From Camelus dromedarius (Eukaryota), in assembly GCF_036321535.1 (NCBI RefSeq), contig NC_087437.1, positions 43,216,001-43,280,000 on the forward strand: 64,000 nt of DNA. Direction: 5' to 3'. Positions within the stretch are counted from its first letter, which is position 1; each line of letters opens with the position of its first letter. This document shows positions 40,807 through 54,100 of this stretch, piece by piece. The notes beneath the pieces were generated by a model. It was not told where the DNA came from. It saw only the letters and a program-made list of their open reading frames with translations, and made no database searches. A program made the position numbers and the translations under genes.

Positions 40807-42669
40807 CTTGAGAACTAAATTGTACTGATTTTCTTACCAGGATTCATTCTGAAAGGTGTTCAAATACAGAGAAAGGACAGTGTGAGGGAAGTATTCCAGC
40901 TGCGAACTTTGTGCATTGAAATTGTCCTGAATATCCCTGTCTATTCAGTTTTCTTTTTTCCTTTTTTTAATGATGAACCATTTTACCCTTTTTTGTACCT
41001 TCTCTCTTGTGAGTTTTTCCTCTGCCCTTCTGCTTAAGAAGGAATGTCCAGAACAATTAAGCTGCCTTGCAGAAACAAATTTCTACTCCATTTCAACAAA
41101 ATAATGTTGAAAATTACTCATTCCCAGTGAAAAGTTATCTTTAAGTGAATCACAGAAGATAAACGAACCCTCGATCTATGCAATTAAAATATTAGATACT
41201 ATTTCTTAACATGTTTCAAACAGATGAGTTTTAATACTGAATAAATACAGATGTATTCCTATTCAACGGAAAAATACGTAGGAATGGTAACTTAGGAAAC
41301 ACATATTGGAAGATTATTCTCTCTTAAAAGGGATTTATTTATCCAAATAATTCACCACAGGGTGCTCGACATTGCAGCATCTCTTAGTGTATTTAAAATT
41401 TACAAACAGTGATTCATGTGCAAATTTTTGAAACACATCTCTTGCCTGAAGTCAACTGCATATTTTTTATTGCTTTAAATTTTAATACAGCTGTTTCAAG
41501 CTTTCTATATTAAAACAAAAATTCTGTGATATTCAGGATACGGCTGTTTATTTAAATGTGAAATGTTTTACAAAATCCAATATGATTTCCCTATATTTGA
41601 AAAAAATGTGCTTTCTGTTTTCACTGTAAAAATACTGAAGACTAAGTGCAAAAGCATTTGTATTTTTATGGGTAAGATTTTTTTTCCTTCAAAGACAGTC
41701 TTGACTGCCAATAGCAATATGTTAGTATGAAATATGTTATCTTTGATAAATATTATTATTCTGGACTATCTTACAAGAAGTAGCTTGATTCGAGGCATTT
41801 TAATAGCTTAAAGGGAAGAATGAAAATACAGGGAAGGAGAAATCAATAAAGCATGGGGCCTCTTATCCCATATTGATTCTTGTAATCCAGTAACCATTAA
41901 ATACTTGAGAGATAAGCCTCTTTTAAGATGGCATGTTTATATTTTGAAGATCAAATACCTTAATTTTGCTCATGGGTTTCCCAAAACTCAGTTCATGCAC
42001 AATTCAGAATGCAAGCTTTCAGTGGCCATGTTTCCTAGTTCAGATATTAAACGAAGTGTCTTGGAGGCACACTGTGACTGGGGTTACCCTCAAGCAGTCA
42101 CTTCTTACAGCGCTGGTAAACATGATTGCCCTTTAAATGATGCTACGAGTTATGAAAATAAAGCTAGAACATCAAAGTCGGTAATCGAACTAGCAAAAAG
42201 TTTTAATATTCAAATAATTTAAAAGTGTCATTTCATTCAGAATATCATTCTTAAAACTTTCCACAAAAATTTTTGGCATTTTAACTGGACAAAGTATTAG
42301 AACTGCTGGCTTGTCCAAAACCCGTCAACTCTCTTCTTTGTGCGTATTATTACAATGGAAAGAAAGAATTGCTATAATACTTTGCTTTTAAATTTTCTGT
42401 AATTTTTTTTCTAATGCTGCAAACTCAGACCTGATATTTTGCCAGAAAGAGAAAAGGTATTTTTTAATCCTCATTTGCTGGCAATTATTTTCAAATCTAT
42501 AATGACTAAGTATTAAACGGGTAAGAGTTTTATTAAATACATTTGGAACCTCCACTTTTATAAAGACACCATAAAATACCAATTTTTTCTCCTGCAATTG
42601 TTCTAGTATCAATTAATCTAATTTTTTAAATGTTTCACTTAATGAGTTTTAATAATAATTCTTAATATT

Positions 42670-44530
42670 TAGTGTATCCTTAAAATGTGCCAGAGACTGG
42701 CCTAAGAGCTCCACATATATTACCACCTTTAATGTACAAGCTTGTTGTTATTTCTGTCCCCGGTTAACAGATGGATAAATCAAGGACGGGGTTGTCAAGT
42801 CACTTGCAAAAAGTCTGACGGCACGTAGGATAGCGGAGCCAAGGTGCAGCATCAGGAAATCTGATTCCAGAACTTGTGTTCTTAACAGGCATATAAGGAA
42901 ACAAGAGGATTTTAATTTTTAAAAATTGTTTTAAGTATATATGGACTGTTTTCTTTAAGATAATACAGATAACTCTTCTTTTGAATGTGTGATACATTCA
43001 GTTCTTTGTGTCACTGCCTTGACCTTTATAATTGGCAGTCCCCACTATTTCCACTTCACTTAATGTCAGTCATACAAAGCTCCACGTTACATGCGAAAAG
43101 CTTTTCACAGTGTCTTCATAAACAGCATCTTATCTAGTTCTACAGTAAATTCCTGAAGTGGCTAGAAGGTACTGTCTTTTCCTTTAACAGCTACCGAAAT
43201 GAAGGCTTGGAGATGTGAAGTGACTTGAACAATGTCACACAGATTAACACGTAGGTAAGTGGCAGAGCTCAAACTAGAACCCAGGCCTTCAGTTACTAAT
43301 TTTGGGCTCTTTCGCTACAAAACTTGGCAGCTGTCATTTTAAGATGAGCCATTTCATGCCGCTAAGGCCTCTGTGTATTGTGGGAGCAATTGCCTCATGG
43401 CTTCAGCATCTGGGCCCCAGCGGGCCTATGGAGTCCACAGCACTGGGACAAAGTCACAGACTCAGGTTCAGGTGTGATGCTCTCCATCTCAGTGGATCAT
43501 GCTTCCTGCCTTCTTCCAACTGCCTTGCTTGCATGAAGCTAACTTCCTGCTTACTTAGCATCTCTGTTAAGGACAGGAAATCTGTGAGGCTCATTCCTTC
43601 TGCAGAGCACAGTACTCACATATGTATGTTTTTTAATCCTGTATATAGTATACAACCTTGTTTCTCTCTCCTCATACCAGAGAAGAGTTACCCAGCACAT
43701 CTTATCTTCAGCTTCCTCTCATTTGTAATTGTTTCATGTGTTTTCTTCATCATTTCAATGCACCTAATGCCATGTGAAAAATTAGCAGCAGAGTTTACTC
43801 TCAGTGGATAGGGAACCTCTCTCTCTATGTATCCCATTGTGACACTCCTGGGTTTCAACTGCTGTTGTATTGATCTCTCTGAAAGCAATTTTATGACGTT
43901 TCTCTGATATTCTGTGGGGTCACAGAATAGTCCTGATGGTATGAATCTCAGAATAAAACAGATCTGGCTCCACATCCTGGCTCCCTACTTATTAGATAGA
44001 AGATATTGGACAAATCTATCATTTTTCTAAACCCTAGACTCCCTTTCCAACCCACCTATAAATGGAATAATAGTAATTCTGGTATTTGAAACAGTTAGAA
44101 GGAGTCAGTGAGATAATCCTTGTGGGGTAGTCAGTATAGAGTCAGTCTTCTTGAACAAGTTCATTAATCTTTACGTCCCAAACTATTAAATGAAGATAAT
44201 ACCACCTACTTCATTATAATAGCTAACATTTGGTTGACCATTTACATTGTATCAAGTAAGCAATTTGGTATATTGACTAATTTAATTCTTTTAACAGCTC
44301 CATAGGTAGGTACCATTATTGATAACCCTAATTTACAAATAAGGAAATGAGTCATAGACTTGGAGAAATTAAGATCACAGAGCTTGTAAGTAGCAGAGGC
44401 AGGATCTGAAACCAGGTAGCATAGTTCAAGAACCTGTACTTTTAATCACTATACTGTATCGCTTGGCTTAGCCTAACAATTAAAAATCTATGAAAACCCG
44501 TTGTGTGTTAGGCACAAAATAAACACTCAG
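42670..44530. mobile_element. Cluster of several MIR copies in both orientations (~42670-42885 -, ~43100-43300 -, ~43930-44140 +, ~44215-44460 -)
   Basis: MIR core motifs: aacagatggataaatcaagg...aagtcacttgc; gaaatgaaggcttggagatgtgaagtgacttg; tttacaaataaggaaatgagtcatag...aagatcacagagcttgtaagtagcagaggcaggatctgaaaccagg. Confidence 0.7.
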
Positions 44531-46709
44531 TTGATGACTCATCCTTAAAACTCCTTCTGCCAGATTGTCATTGTCAAAATACGGAGCTATGTGTAGCTAA
44601 TATGGAAATTGTTCTTGGGCGAAGAAGTACCTTAACGTAATCTTTCTGGATTCTGCTCTGTTCTGTGGGCATTTGCATTTACGGAACTGAGTAATGCAGA
44701 GGGTAAGAACATTATAAAGTCACGTAGCTAGTATATGGCTGCGTGGGAATGACCTAACTCTAAGTCTTTTTATTTTAATTCATACTATGATAGAAGGTAT
44801 ATTTGATTTGAGGCAATGGATGGAAAAGAAGTGAAAGACAAACAAAAATTTAACCTTCTCTATGTTAACCCCTTTTCTAGGCGCTCTTAATTATTATAAC
44901 AATATTTTTAGGAGAGTTAGCATGGGGCAGCTAAATCTCTGTGGAATTAAAAAACATGCCCAAGGTTACACAGCTAGCACATGAAAGAACCAGTATCCAA
45001 ACCTGTGTATATCTGCCTCCAAGCCCATTACAATACAGGCACAATATCAAGTAGTATTAACACATATTCTAGGAAATACATAGAGTAATGGACTTTTGGA
45101 TCTTTGAGATTAATCCGAGGTAATATTAAAAATATAAACTATCTACTTGGAAAGGATATCAGCCTATAACACTGTGGCTGGGTGCTGGGAGCCTCCTGCT
45201 AAGCCACGCATCAACTCCTTAGTTTCTTAAACTGGCCGCAGTGAGGATATCGGGGTGGGGGGTGGGGTAGCCTAGATCCAGCGCATCTTAGGTGACAGAG
45301 TAGAGGGACTCCAGGCGTTCTGGATAATAGTAATTTGCTAACTTGTACAGGGCATTTCACTATTTCACTGGCTTATATGGCCAAACATTAGCCCTGCTAT
45401 TCTTGTTCTTCTTTTAAGTCAAGCTGACTACTTAATTTGTCCACACTTAAATTATTCCATAAACAATTCAGTGTAATAACATGCATTACTGGGAAATCAT
45501 TCCTCTTAACTTGTATTACTGATTTGGTTCAAACTCTATGATCTTTATCTTTCCAAATCTGTTGGCTTGGTTTTAATATTTTTCTATTTTTCCTTTTAAA
45601 AGCACTTCTATAAATATTTATTTTTATTTAAATTTTAATTTTAATGATGTTAAGTAAAATGTTGATTAGGGGAGTACTAAAGGTTTTATAGTTGTAATAT
45701 AATTATGATAGGTTTATTAGTTTGTGGTTTATTTAAAAGAGATCTATACTACATCAGGTACTTCCACACCTGATTTTTCCATTTCTCTGCTTGTCTTTTA
45801 CTGCCTTGTGACTTACGGTAAAGGAGCTAAATAGACTGGGTGATAGGAAACTAAGGTCTAGACCTACCTCTGCTTTTGACCAGCTTTGGGGCTGGACAAA
45901 ATCAGTTCACACTCTATTTGTATTTTCTGGATGACCTGTGAAGTCAGAGGGTTTCATAGTTGTGCGGCAGGGTCCTTTTTAGCTCTAGTGTCTGTCCTGT
46001 GAATCTGGGCATATAATCACTAGATTCAAAAATGTATCTACAGTATCTATTGTAAGCTTAACATTTGCTGTATCAGGCGAGAAGGAGCACAGAATCGTGT
46101 CCCCAGAGGACTCCAGTGTGCGTGGCAAGTCAACCCATGAGGAGTGGAGTACATGGAGTAGAAAGAGACTGCCCCACTGAGGACCACAGATGTTTAACAA
46201 GGATGAGCATGTGTGAGCCTGGAAAGTCAAGAAGTCATTTTAGGAAGACACAGTCAGCACTAGTGCAGCTTCCTCAGGACTTCAGCATTAGAGGGCTTGT
46301 CTTCACTGGCTTATTTCCTGGTGAGACCCACTCGGATAATAGGATCTTAATAATTACTTGTTCAATGTATTTATCTTACTCGTGAAGATAAAATGCAGTA
46401 ACGTCCAGGAATTAAGGTATTTTCACAATCAGATCTTGCTGAGCGCTATGGAACTACCTCTAGTTCATATCCTGAAGATAGCAGTTTAGTGCAAAACACG
46501 CAGCAGTACTCCTTTTCTCAATGTAAAAACCTTTTGCACATATTCTAGAGGACATGCCCTATGCTCATCCACCTCTTTTCCCCCTCTCTGAGGTGAGTTG
46601 ATTATAATTAGAACTTTGAAGAATTAACTCTATGGGATAAAACACACACGGTGTGAGTGTGAAGTCACTTTTCTGTGCAATTTACAAGACTCAAAATGGA
46701 AAAAATATT

Positions 46710-49345
46710 TTATTATTTTTTGTTTTGTTTTGTTTTTCCTCCCATTTTTTGGTAAGAACATTTAAGTTCTACTCTCTTAGCAAATTTCAGTTATACAGTG
46801 TTATCAACTATAGTCACCATGTAATGTATTAGATCCTCAGACCTTATCTACCTTATGACTGCAGGTTTTTACCCTTTTACGAACCACTTCCTACTTCCCC
46901 CAGTTCCCAGACATACCAGTTATTCTTCTACTGGTTCTATAAGTTTGGCTTTTTTTTTTCAAGATTCCACATATCAATTGATACCATGCAGTATTTGTTT
47001 ATTTGTCTTTCTCTGTCTGGTTTATTTTACTTAGCATAATGCCATCCAGGCTTATCCATGTTACTGTAAATAAGAGTACTTCCTTCTTTCCTAAGGCTGA
47101 ATAATATTCTATTGTGTATATACACACTACATTTTCTTTATGTATTAATGTACTGTGGACACTTAGGTTGTTTCCATACTTTAGCTATTGTGATAAATGC
47201 TGCTATGAACATGGGAGTACAGATATCTCTTTGAGATAATGATTTCATTTCCTTTGGTTATATACTCAGAAGTGGGATTGCTGAATCATGTGGTATTTCT
47301 ATTTTTAACTACTTGAGAAACCTCCGTACTGTTTCCATAGTGGCTGTACCAGTTTACATTCCCACCAACAGTGTACAGGGTTTTTCATCTACATCCTCAC
47401 CAGCATGTGTTAGCTCTTGTCTTTTTGATAAGAGATATCCTAAGAGATGTGAAGTGATATCTCATTATAGTTTTGATTTGCATTTCCCTGATGATTAGTG
47501 ATGCTGAACACCTTTCCCTGTACCTGGTTATCATTTGTAGGTCTTCTTTGGAAAAATGTCTATTCAGATCCTGAATTTTTTATTGTGTTTTTTTGTTTTT
47601 TTTCTACTGAGTTGAATGAGTGCTTTATATATTTTAAGATATTAACCCTTTATTGGATATGTGGTTTGCAAATGTTTTCTCTCATTCTATAGGATGCCTT
47701 TTGATTTTGTTGATGGTTTCTTTTTTTTTCTGCACAGTTTTACAGTTTGATGTAGTGCCACTTGTTTATTTTTGCTTTTGTTGTCTTGCTTTTGGCATCA
47801 AATCTAAAAAATAATTCCTTAGACCAATGTTAAAGAACTCACCCCCTATGTTTTCTTCTAGGAGTTTTAATGTTTCATGTTTAATGTTCAAGTCTTTAAT
47901 ATTTCGAGTTGCTTTTGTGTATGGTGTAAGATGGAGTCCAGTTTCTTTCTTCTGCACATGACTGTCCAGTTTTCCCAACACCATTTATTGAAGAAACTCT
48001 CCTTTCCCCATTGTATATTCTTGGCTCCTTTGTTGAAAATGAATTGACCATATATGCATGGGTTTATTTCTAGAGACTTTATTCCGGTCTATTGAGATAT
48101 GTGTCTGTTTTTAATACCAAATACCATACTGGTTTGATCACTGTAGCTTTGCAATATAGTTTGAAATCAGGAACCGCGATGCTTCCAGCTTTGTTCTTCT
48201 TAAAATTGTTTGGGCTATTTGGGATCTTTAGAGTTCCGTACAAATTTTAGGATTGTTTATTTTATTTCTGTGAAAAATGTCACTGGAATTTTGATAGGGA
48301 TTGCACTGAAACTGTAGATCACTTTGGGTAGTATGGGCATTTTAATAATATTACTTCTTTTAATTTATGGACATGGAATACCTTTCCATTTATCTGTGTC
48401 CTCTTTAATTTCAGCAATGCCATAATTTTAAGTGTGCAGGTATTTTGCCTCCTTGGTTAAAGCTATTCTTAAGAATTTTAATCTTTTTGATGGTATTATA
48501 AATGAGATTGTTTTCATAAATTTTCTTGCTGATATTTTATTGTTATAGAAACACAGCTGATTTTTTGTATATTGATACTGTATCCTGCAAACTTACTGAA
48601 ATAGTTTGTTAGTTTTAGTAGGTTTTTGGAATCTTAAAGTTTTCTGTATATAATATCAGATTATCTGCCAATAGAGACAATTTTACTTCTTTCTATCTGA
48701 TGGAAACCTGTATTTCTTTTCCTTACCTAGTTGTTTTGGATAGGACTTCCAGTACTATGTAGAATAAAAGTGGTGAGAGTGGGCATCCTTGTCTGGTTTC
48801 TGGTCACAGAGGAAAAGCTTGCAGCACTTCATCATTGGGTATGATGTTATCTGCACACTTGTCATATATCACTGTTACTGGGTTGAGATACCTTCCCTCT
48901 ATACACAATTTGTTGAAAGTTTCTTTTTTTAATTATGAAAAGATGTTGATTTTTTCCAAATGCTTTTTCTGTATTTCTGGAGATGTTCCTATGATTTTTA
49001 GCCCTCATTTTGTTAATGTGGTGCTGTCACATTGATGTGCAAATGTTGAACCACCCTTGAAACCTTGGAATAAATCCCATTCAATCATAATGTATGATTC
49101 TCTTAATGTATTGTTGAATTTGGTTTACTAACATTTTGTTGAGGATTTTGCATTTATGTTCATCAGGGATATTGCCTGTAATTTTCTTTTCCTGTAGTGT
49201 GTTTGTCTGGCTTTGGTATTGAGAATAATGCTGGCCTTGTAACATGGATCTTGAAGCATTCCCTCCTGTTCTGGTTTTTTTTTTTTTTGGTGGGGGGGAA
49301 GAGTTTACAAAGGACTGGTATAGCTCTTCTTTAAATGCTAGAATT
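46710..49345 (-). mobile_element. 5'-truncated LINE-1 (~2.6 kb; 3'UTR plus ORF2 RT/C-terminal part), antisense to NLGN1
   Basis: 3'UTR ggtaagaacatttaagttctactctcttagcaaatttcag (L1MA-like); ORF2 remnant [30 protein letters not shown] (47766-47984); collinear with the L1 at 16883-23520 until ~49345. Confidence 0.93.
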
Positions 49346-49389
49346 CAGAAATGATGTATTTTGGAAAGCAGTGGAATGAAAAGATAAAA

Positions 49390-50200
49390 TCTAGAAAGAA
49401 TAAGGAGGGTCTTATAGTCAGTCTGGGGCATTTAGTCTAAGATAACAAGGAATAAAGAGATAGTAAAGACTTTTAAACAGAGTAGTGAAACAATGAAAGT
49501 GGTGTTTGATGAACACTAATTTGGACTGCATTTTAGAAAAATATTTTACATGATTTGTTTCCATTTTGAATAAAAAATCTTATTTTGCATGAATTTCTAA
49601 AACCTCAAAATGAGTGTTAAACTATATTTAGTTTTCATCTGTCTTGTTATAGCTATTTTAAGACTCACAGTACAAGATTGTTGTATATGTTTTTGCATTT
49701 CTGTTCCCATGGAGTGCTTGCAGTTTTAGTCTTAGAAGGAGTTGAATGTGCATACATTTTAGCTGATGATAACTATTAAATCTTTTTCTGTTTGAATTCA
49801 TCACTATCATTATCTACTACTTCAAAACTTACAGGATACGGGAGACTGCTTGGAAGACAGTCTAGAGTCTGGGTGACAATGGGAGCAACCACAAGGCTAC
49901 TGTAATAATTCAGGCATGTACTAATGGTGGCCACAGACAAAACACTTCGGGGAAAGGGTGAGAGGAGGGAAATTTATCTTGGAAAATTGATAAAATCTGG
50001 CTAAGATGAAAGGGAGGAAGACAGAACAGTTAAAGATTATTTCCAGATTTACAGTTTAGAAACAGAGGGAATGGTTAGACCTCTGAAAGCAAAACCTAGG
50101 TTGGGAGGTAAAACTGGCTTGAGGTGGACATGCTGAGCATCTCTGTTGTACTAAGAAGGAAGTGAGCTATCCAAGCAGAAAGATCTTGTGGACTATATTT
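49390..50200 (-). mobile_element. L2 remnants
   Basis: Purine-rich reverse L2 motifs: aagacttttaaacagagtagtga; aaggctactgtaataattcaggcatg; ttaaagattatttccagattt. Confidence 0.5.
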
Positions 50201-50295
50201 TTCTATGAATATAAGAACAGTTAGGATATTTTAATTCTCAGTATGTTAATTCTTAGGCAAAATAAATCTAAATATGTGTTTAATAGAACAAAATG

Positions 50296-50398
50296 TTATT
50301 GAAGTCTAGTCAGTTTACAATGTTGTGTTAATTTCTGGTGTACAACATAAAGTTTCAATCATACAGGTACATATATATATTCCTTTTCATATGCTTTT
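50296..50398 (-). mobile_element. Short L1 3'-end fragment
   Basis: ttattgaagtctagtcagtttacaatgttgtgttaatttctggtgtacaacata...tatatatattccttttcatat. Confidence 0.75.
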
Positions 50399-50664
50399 AA
50401 ATATTTATAAATATTTATAAAAATCTGATATACTGGAGTCTTAGATTTTACTTTTTGGTGACATTCACTTTATTTGCAAACAAAAATAGAATAAGATGTT
50501 ATAGGCTCTTTTTCCTGATCTAATTTCTTGTCATAAAGCTATTCTCATCGGATGAAGACATAATGCAAGGCCTCTGTATAAAATATTCTCTGCCATATTT
50601 CTTAGTGACTTTGCCTCTTTCTGATTTTCTGTTTAAGATTCAGATAGGGCAGAGTTTATCAGTC

Positions 50665-51190
50665 TGCGCTTAAACCTTTCAAATGGCTTGCTATTGCTTT
50701 TAGGATTAAGACAAAAGTCCCCAGGCTCGAGGAGCTGCATGCTCTGAATGATGTCTGACTGCTTCTCTGTTCTCATCGCCCACTACTCTCTGTTCTCCCC
50801 TGTGCCAGCCACACTGACCTTCAGGCTCCCTCCCATTTTAGCGCTTTTCACGTGCTATTTTTTTCTGGCCAGCCTCCTATTCCCACCCTCCCTACCCACC
50901 CCCAGCCTCTCTTCCAGCTTAGTACTCACTTATCCTTCAGTCCTTGCACCGCTTTGCACTTAGTCCATGAAGACTGCCTAGGTTCAGCCAGGTTCCCTTG
51001 TATAGCCTCTGGTAGCATCAAGACTTTTTAATCCCTAACACAATTTCTATGTGTTTATGTGTGTGATTATTTGTTAAATGTTTCTTTCTCCAACAAAATT
51101 AATTTTCATGATTGCAAGGGTCCTGCTTTACTGGCTCACCATGTATCCCGAGGACCTAGCATAATATATGTGTGTTGAATGACTGAACAC
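50665..51190 (+). mobile_element. L2 3' fragment
   Basis: cttaaacctttcaaatggcttgctattgcttttaggattaagacaaaagtcc ... gctcaccatgtatcccgaggacctagcata...tgttgaatgactgaa. Confidence 0.75.
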
Positions 51191-54100
51191 TGGCAGCCAC
51201 GATGAGGGTTAGACTACTGATGCCATCTCAGTCCTTCAGCCTGGCTGAGGGAGTTCTGAGCATCTGGTGGCACTTGTGCCCTTACCATACTCCGGGTGCA
51301 TCTCTGGCTAATACGTGGAAAGCCAGGGCAGTGGAAAGTGTATCTTTCCAAAGTACTAAAGGATTTATGCAGCATACAGCCATGTGGTTCCAGAGGGGAA
51401 GGAAACATTTTTCTGACATTCTTCAAGTTATAAAAATACTGCATCTGCATTTTTTAAAACAATCAAACAAATATAGTATTAAAAATAATGAGCTTATGCA
51501 AATTTGGTGATGCTTAGATTAGGGTTAACCTATTTTGCTTCCTTTTTACCTACTTAACATTTTTTCCCCCAGATCTGATCATTTTTATTTTAGACAGGAT
51601 TGTTTTTGACTTCAAAATGTGGTAATCAAGGTAATTTTAGGAAGAAAAAAACTTTATCATATAAACATAAATGAGCTCTTCTCAGTGTATTGGACTCAAA
51701 AAGATTTCTCCTTCCCTCTTTCCTGACTTCAACATCAGATTCTCTTTTTCCCAAAAGTCATGTTTTCAGCTGTGCTCTTCCTCTGAAAAACTGTCTGAGG
51801 GAATGTTTTGTGTTCACGTAGGTGTTTTCTTCCAACAAAAAGATAAACATGGAGCATGCCTGCTGCTTTCATACCCTTGGAAGCCAGTCTCTTCCATAGC
51901 ATGTGTACATATGAGCCACCAGCCTAAGCAGGCAGCTTGCCTAAAAGATACTCAAACATCGTGAATGTCATAATATGCCACCGAAATTTGCACAGATACG
52001 GATTCTTTGAAAACCATTAATTGTTCCAAACTTTCAGTATCTTGTCATAGCCGTTTGCATTATTTTATCATAATGCAGATTTATGACATTACTCAAAAAT
52101 TTCTTAATTAAAAAATTTTCAAGAAAGAAAATTATTTTTCAGCTATGATATTTAAATATAGGTTCATGTAATTGACAGTTTAAGAATTGTGATAACTTTT
52201 AGTTACATAATATAGTAATATCAAATTAATGTGAAGTATTCCAAATCAGTTACTTTTACCCATTTCTCTATTTTCACGAGGTGTATATTGCAGTTATAGA
52301 AAATCGACTAAATTTCAGTGGGTAAAATTCAATACCTTTGCGTGGACACTAATTGTTGTGACATCTGATTTCTTAAAGTCATTGTATTTTAAGGTTTATT
52401 AATTTGGAAAAAAATTAGATATGATAATATACTGCCATTTTTATTTAAAGTGTATTGAATTCTGGCATTGTCCTCTATATGTTCATCAGACATAGAGTTT
52501 TACATTCTTGATCCTAGTTTTATAAAGTAAATTTTTCCTAAGAACATCCCTGGAAAAATTTAGCCTGTTTCCAGTCGCTCCAGAACAGTGGCAGCATGCT
52601 TGCATTTCCCCATTCTGTGGAAATGGCCTTAGGAATCCTTCAGAGTCCATTTACTGCAAAGGCTGTCAGGTAAAGAGGGCGGGGAAAGAGCACAGCAGTG
52701 TCATTAGCCAGGGCTCTCTATCTATCACGGTGGGACTCACTGGAGCCTGGACCTCTAAATAATCCCCAAAATTTCAAAGACGTATTCTCTTAAGAAGGAC
52801 ACATTTCTCATGGAGGCCTTTCTAAGTCAGGAGCTAATGATACCTCAACCTATTTGCCTTTTGCAGATATGCATGACACAAAGTACAGATGATTTCTGCT
52901 GAATTGAACCTGTAATGAAGGAATTTATAATCAGTTCTAATGTATTTGAGACCTAAAGTGTATTAGACCTTCATCAAAGGGAATGATAAAAAGCCACGTT
53001 AATGTGGGTAGATAGTAATTATTTCAGAGCTCATAATTATTCTCCAGTTAACTACAGGGAAATGCTGATATTTTTATTCCTTTCTTAAAAAATAAAAGGC
53101 ACTGTGGTCAGATTGATTCTTTTTTTTTTTTAAGATTCTAAAATGTTAGAATGCATTATACATCCTTTGTATAGGCTGATACTTTGAGTTATATTTATGT
53201 TAATGGCAAAGGAAGTATTTTGGGTTTAAATGAGTTCAAAGTTCATGGTTAGGAGTACCTTTACACCTTTCTTAGTCCTGTTGTTTCATCACTGACTATT
53301 TATTGCCTATGGGAGATATAAAGTATAGTAATTACTCTCACTCCCTTTCATAAAGACACGAGGTCTGCTTTCTTATTAACTCTGATAAGAGTTATGTGTG
53401 AGTTCCTCAAGGAGGACAGACCCTACAGAGTTTCGAGACAGAGTAAATCACTTCTGCACTGAGGTCTTAGAGGACTCATTTGCTTTATGTTTTGGTGATT
53501 TAAGAGACCCATTTAAACTGCTGGTACTGAAGATGCACTATTTGTAGTTTAAAAGAAGCATAAGCTGTGCTTGGAATGTTGATAATGATTGTTATTTATG
53601 TCTAAGGGTAAGTGTTTTCCCCTTTGGGGAAGTCATGTTGATCAACTTGCAGGAATACATAGTCTCTAAAATGTGGTTGCCTGCTTTTCATAAGAAACGT
53701 AATGGCAGTTACCTCTTTCAATGTTTTATTTCTATTAAAAATTTTTTCACATCAGTAATTGCATCAATAGTAACAGATTAAAATATAATTTAAAAAAGCC
53801 AAAGTTGTTAATATCCAAAGAAGAAGGGAGATCAAGGCAATGGGTTTTCTTCCCATCTGGGGAATAAGGAATCCGAAGAGCCTGTAGGATCTGTTTCTGT
53901 AATCCACAAGCATATGTTCGCCCTGCTGAGGCTTCCTCTGAAAAACCAATGTTGAGTTAGTCAATTTGCAACCCAAAACCTTTCAGATATTTATTCTCAG
54001 TGCCTTTAGGCACACAAGATAAAAGAAATCTGTTTTCCTTCTTTTTATAATCTTTTTTATTTTTTTGCAGAAAAACCATTATCATCCCTCTTCTTCCTAG

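Noticed and set aside
43302..43811. 169-aa + strand ORF
   Set aside because: Starts at a non-ATG codon, has no recognisable homology, and lies between MIR remnants.
45252..45267. G-rich run GGGGTGGGGGGTGGGG as a G-quadruplex
   Set aside because: Only three separated G tracts, isolated, with no supporting context.
51573..51630. Possible small exon ending AAG|GTAATT
   Set aside because: The best acceptors give 58 or 37 nt (frameshifting); the 33-nt in-frame version needs skipping a nearer AG.
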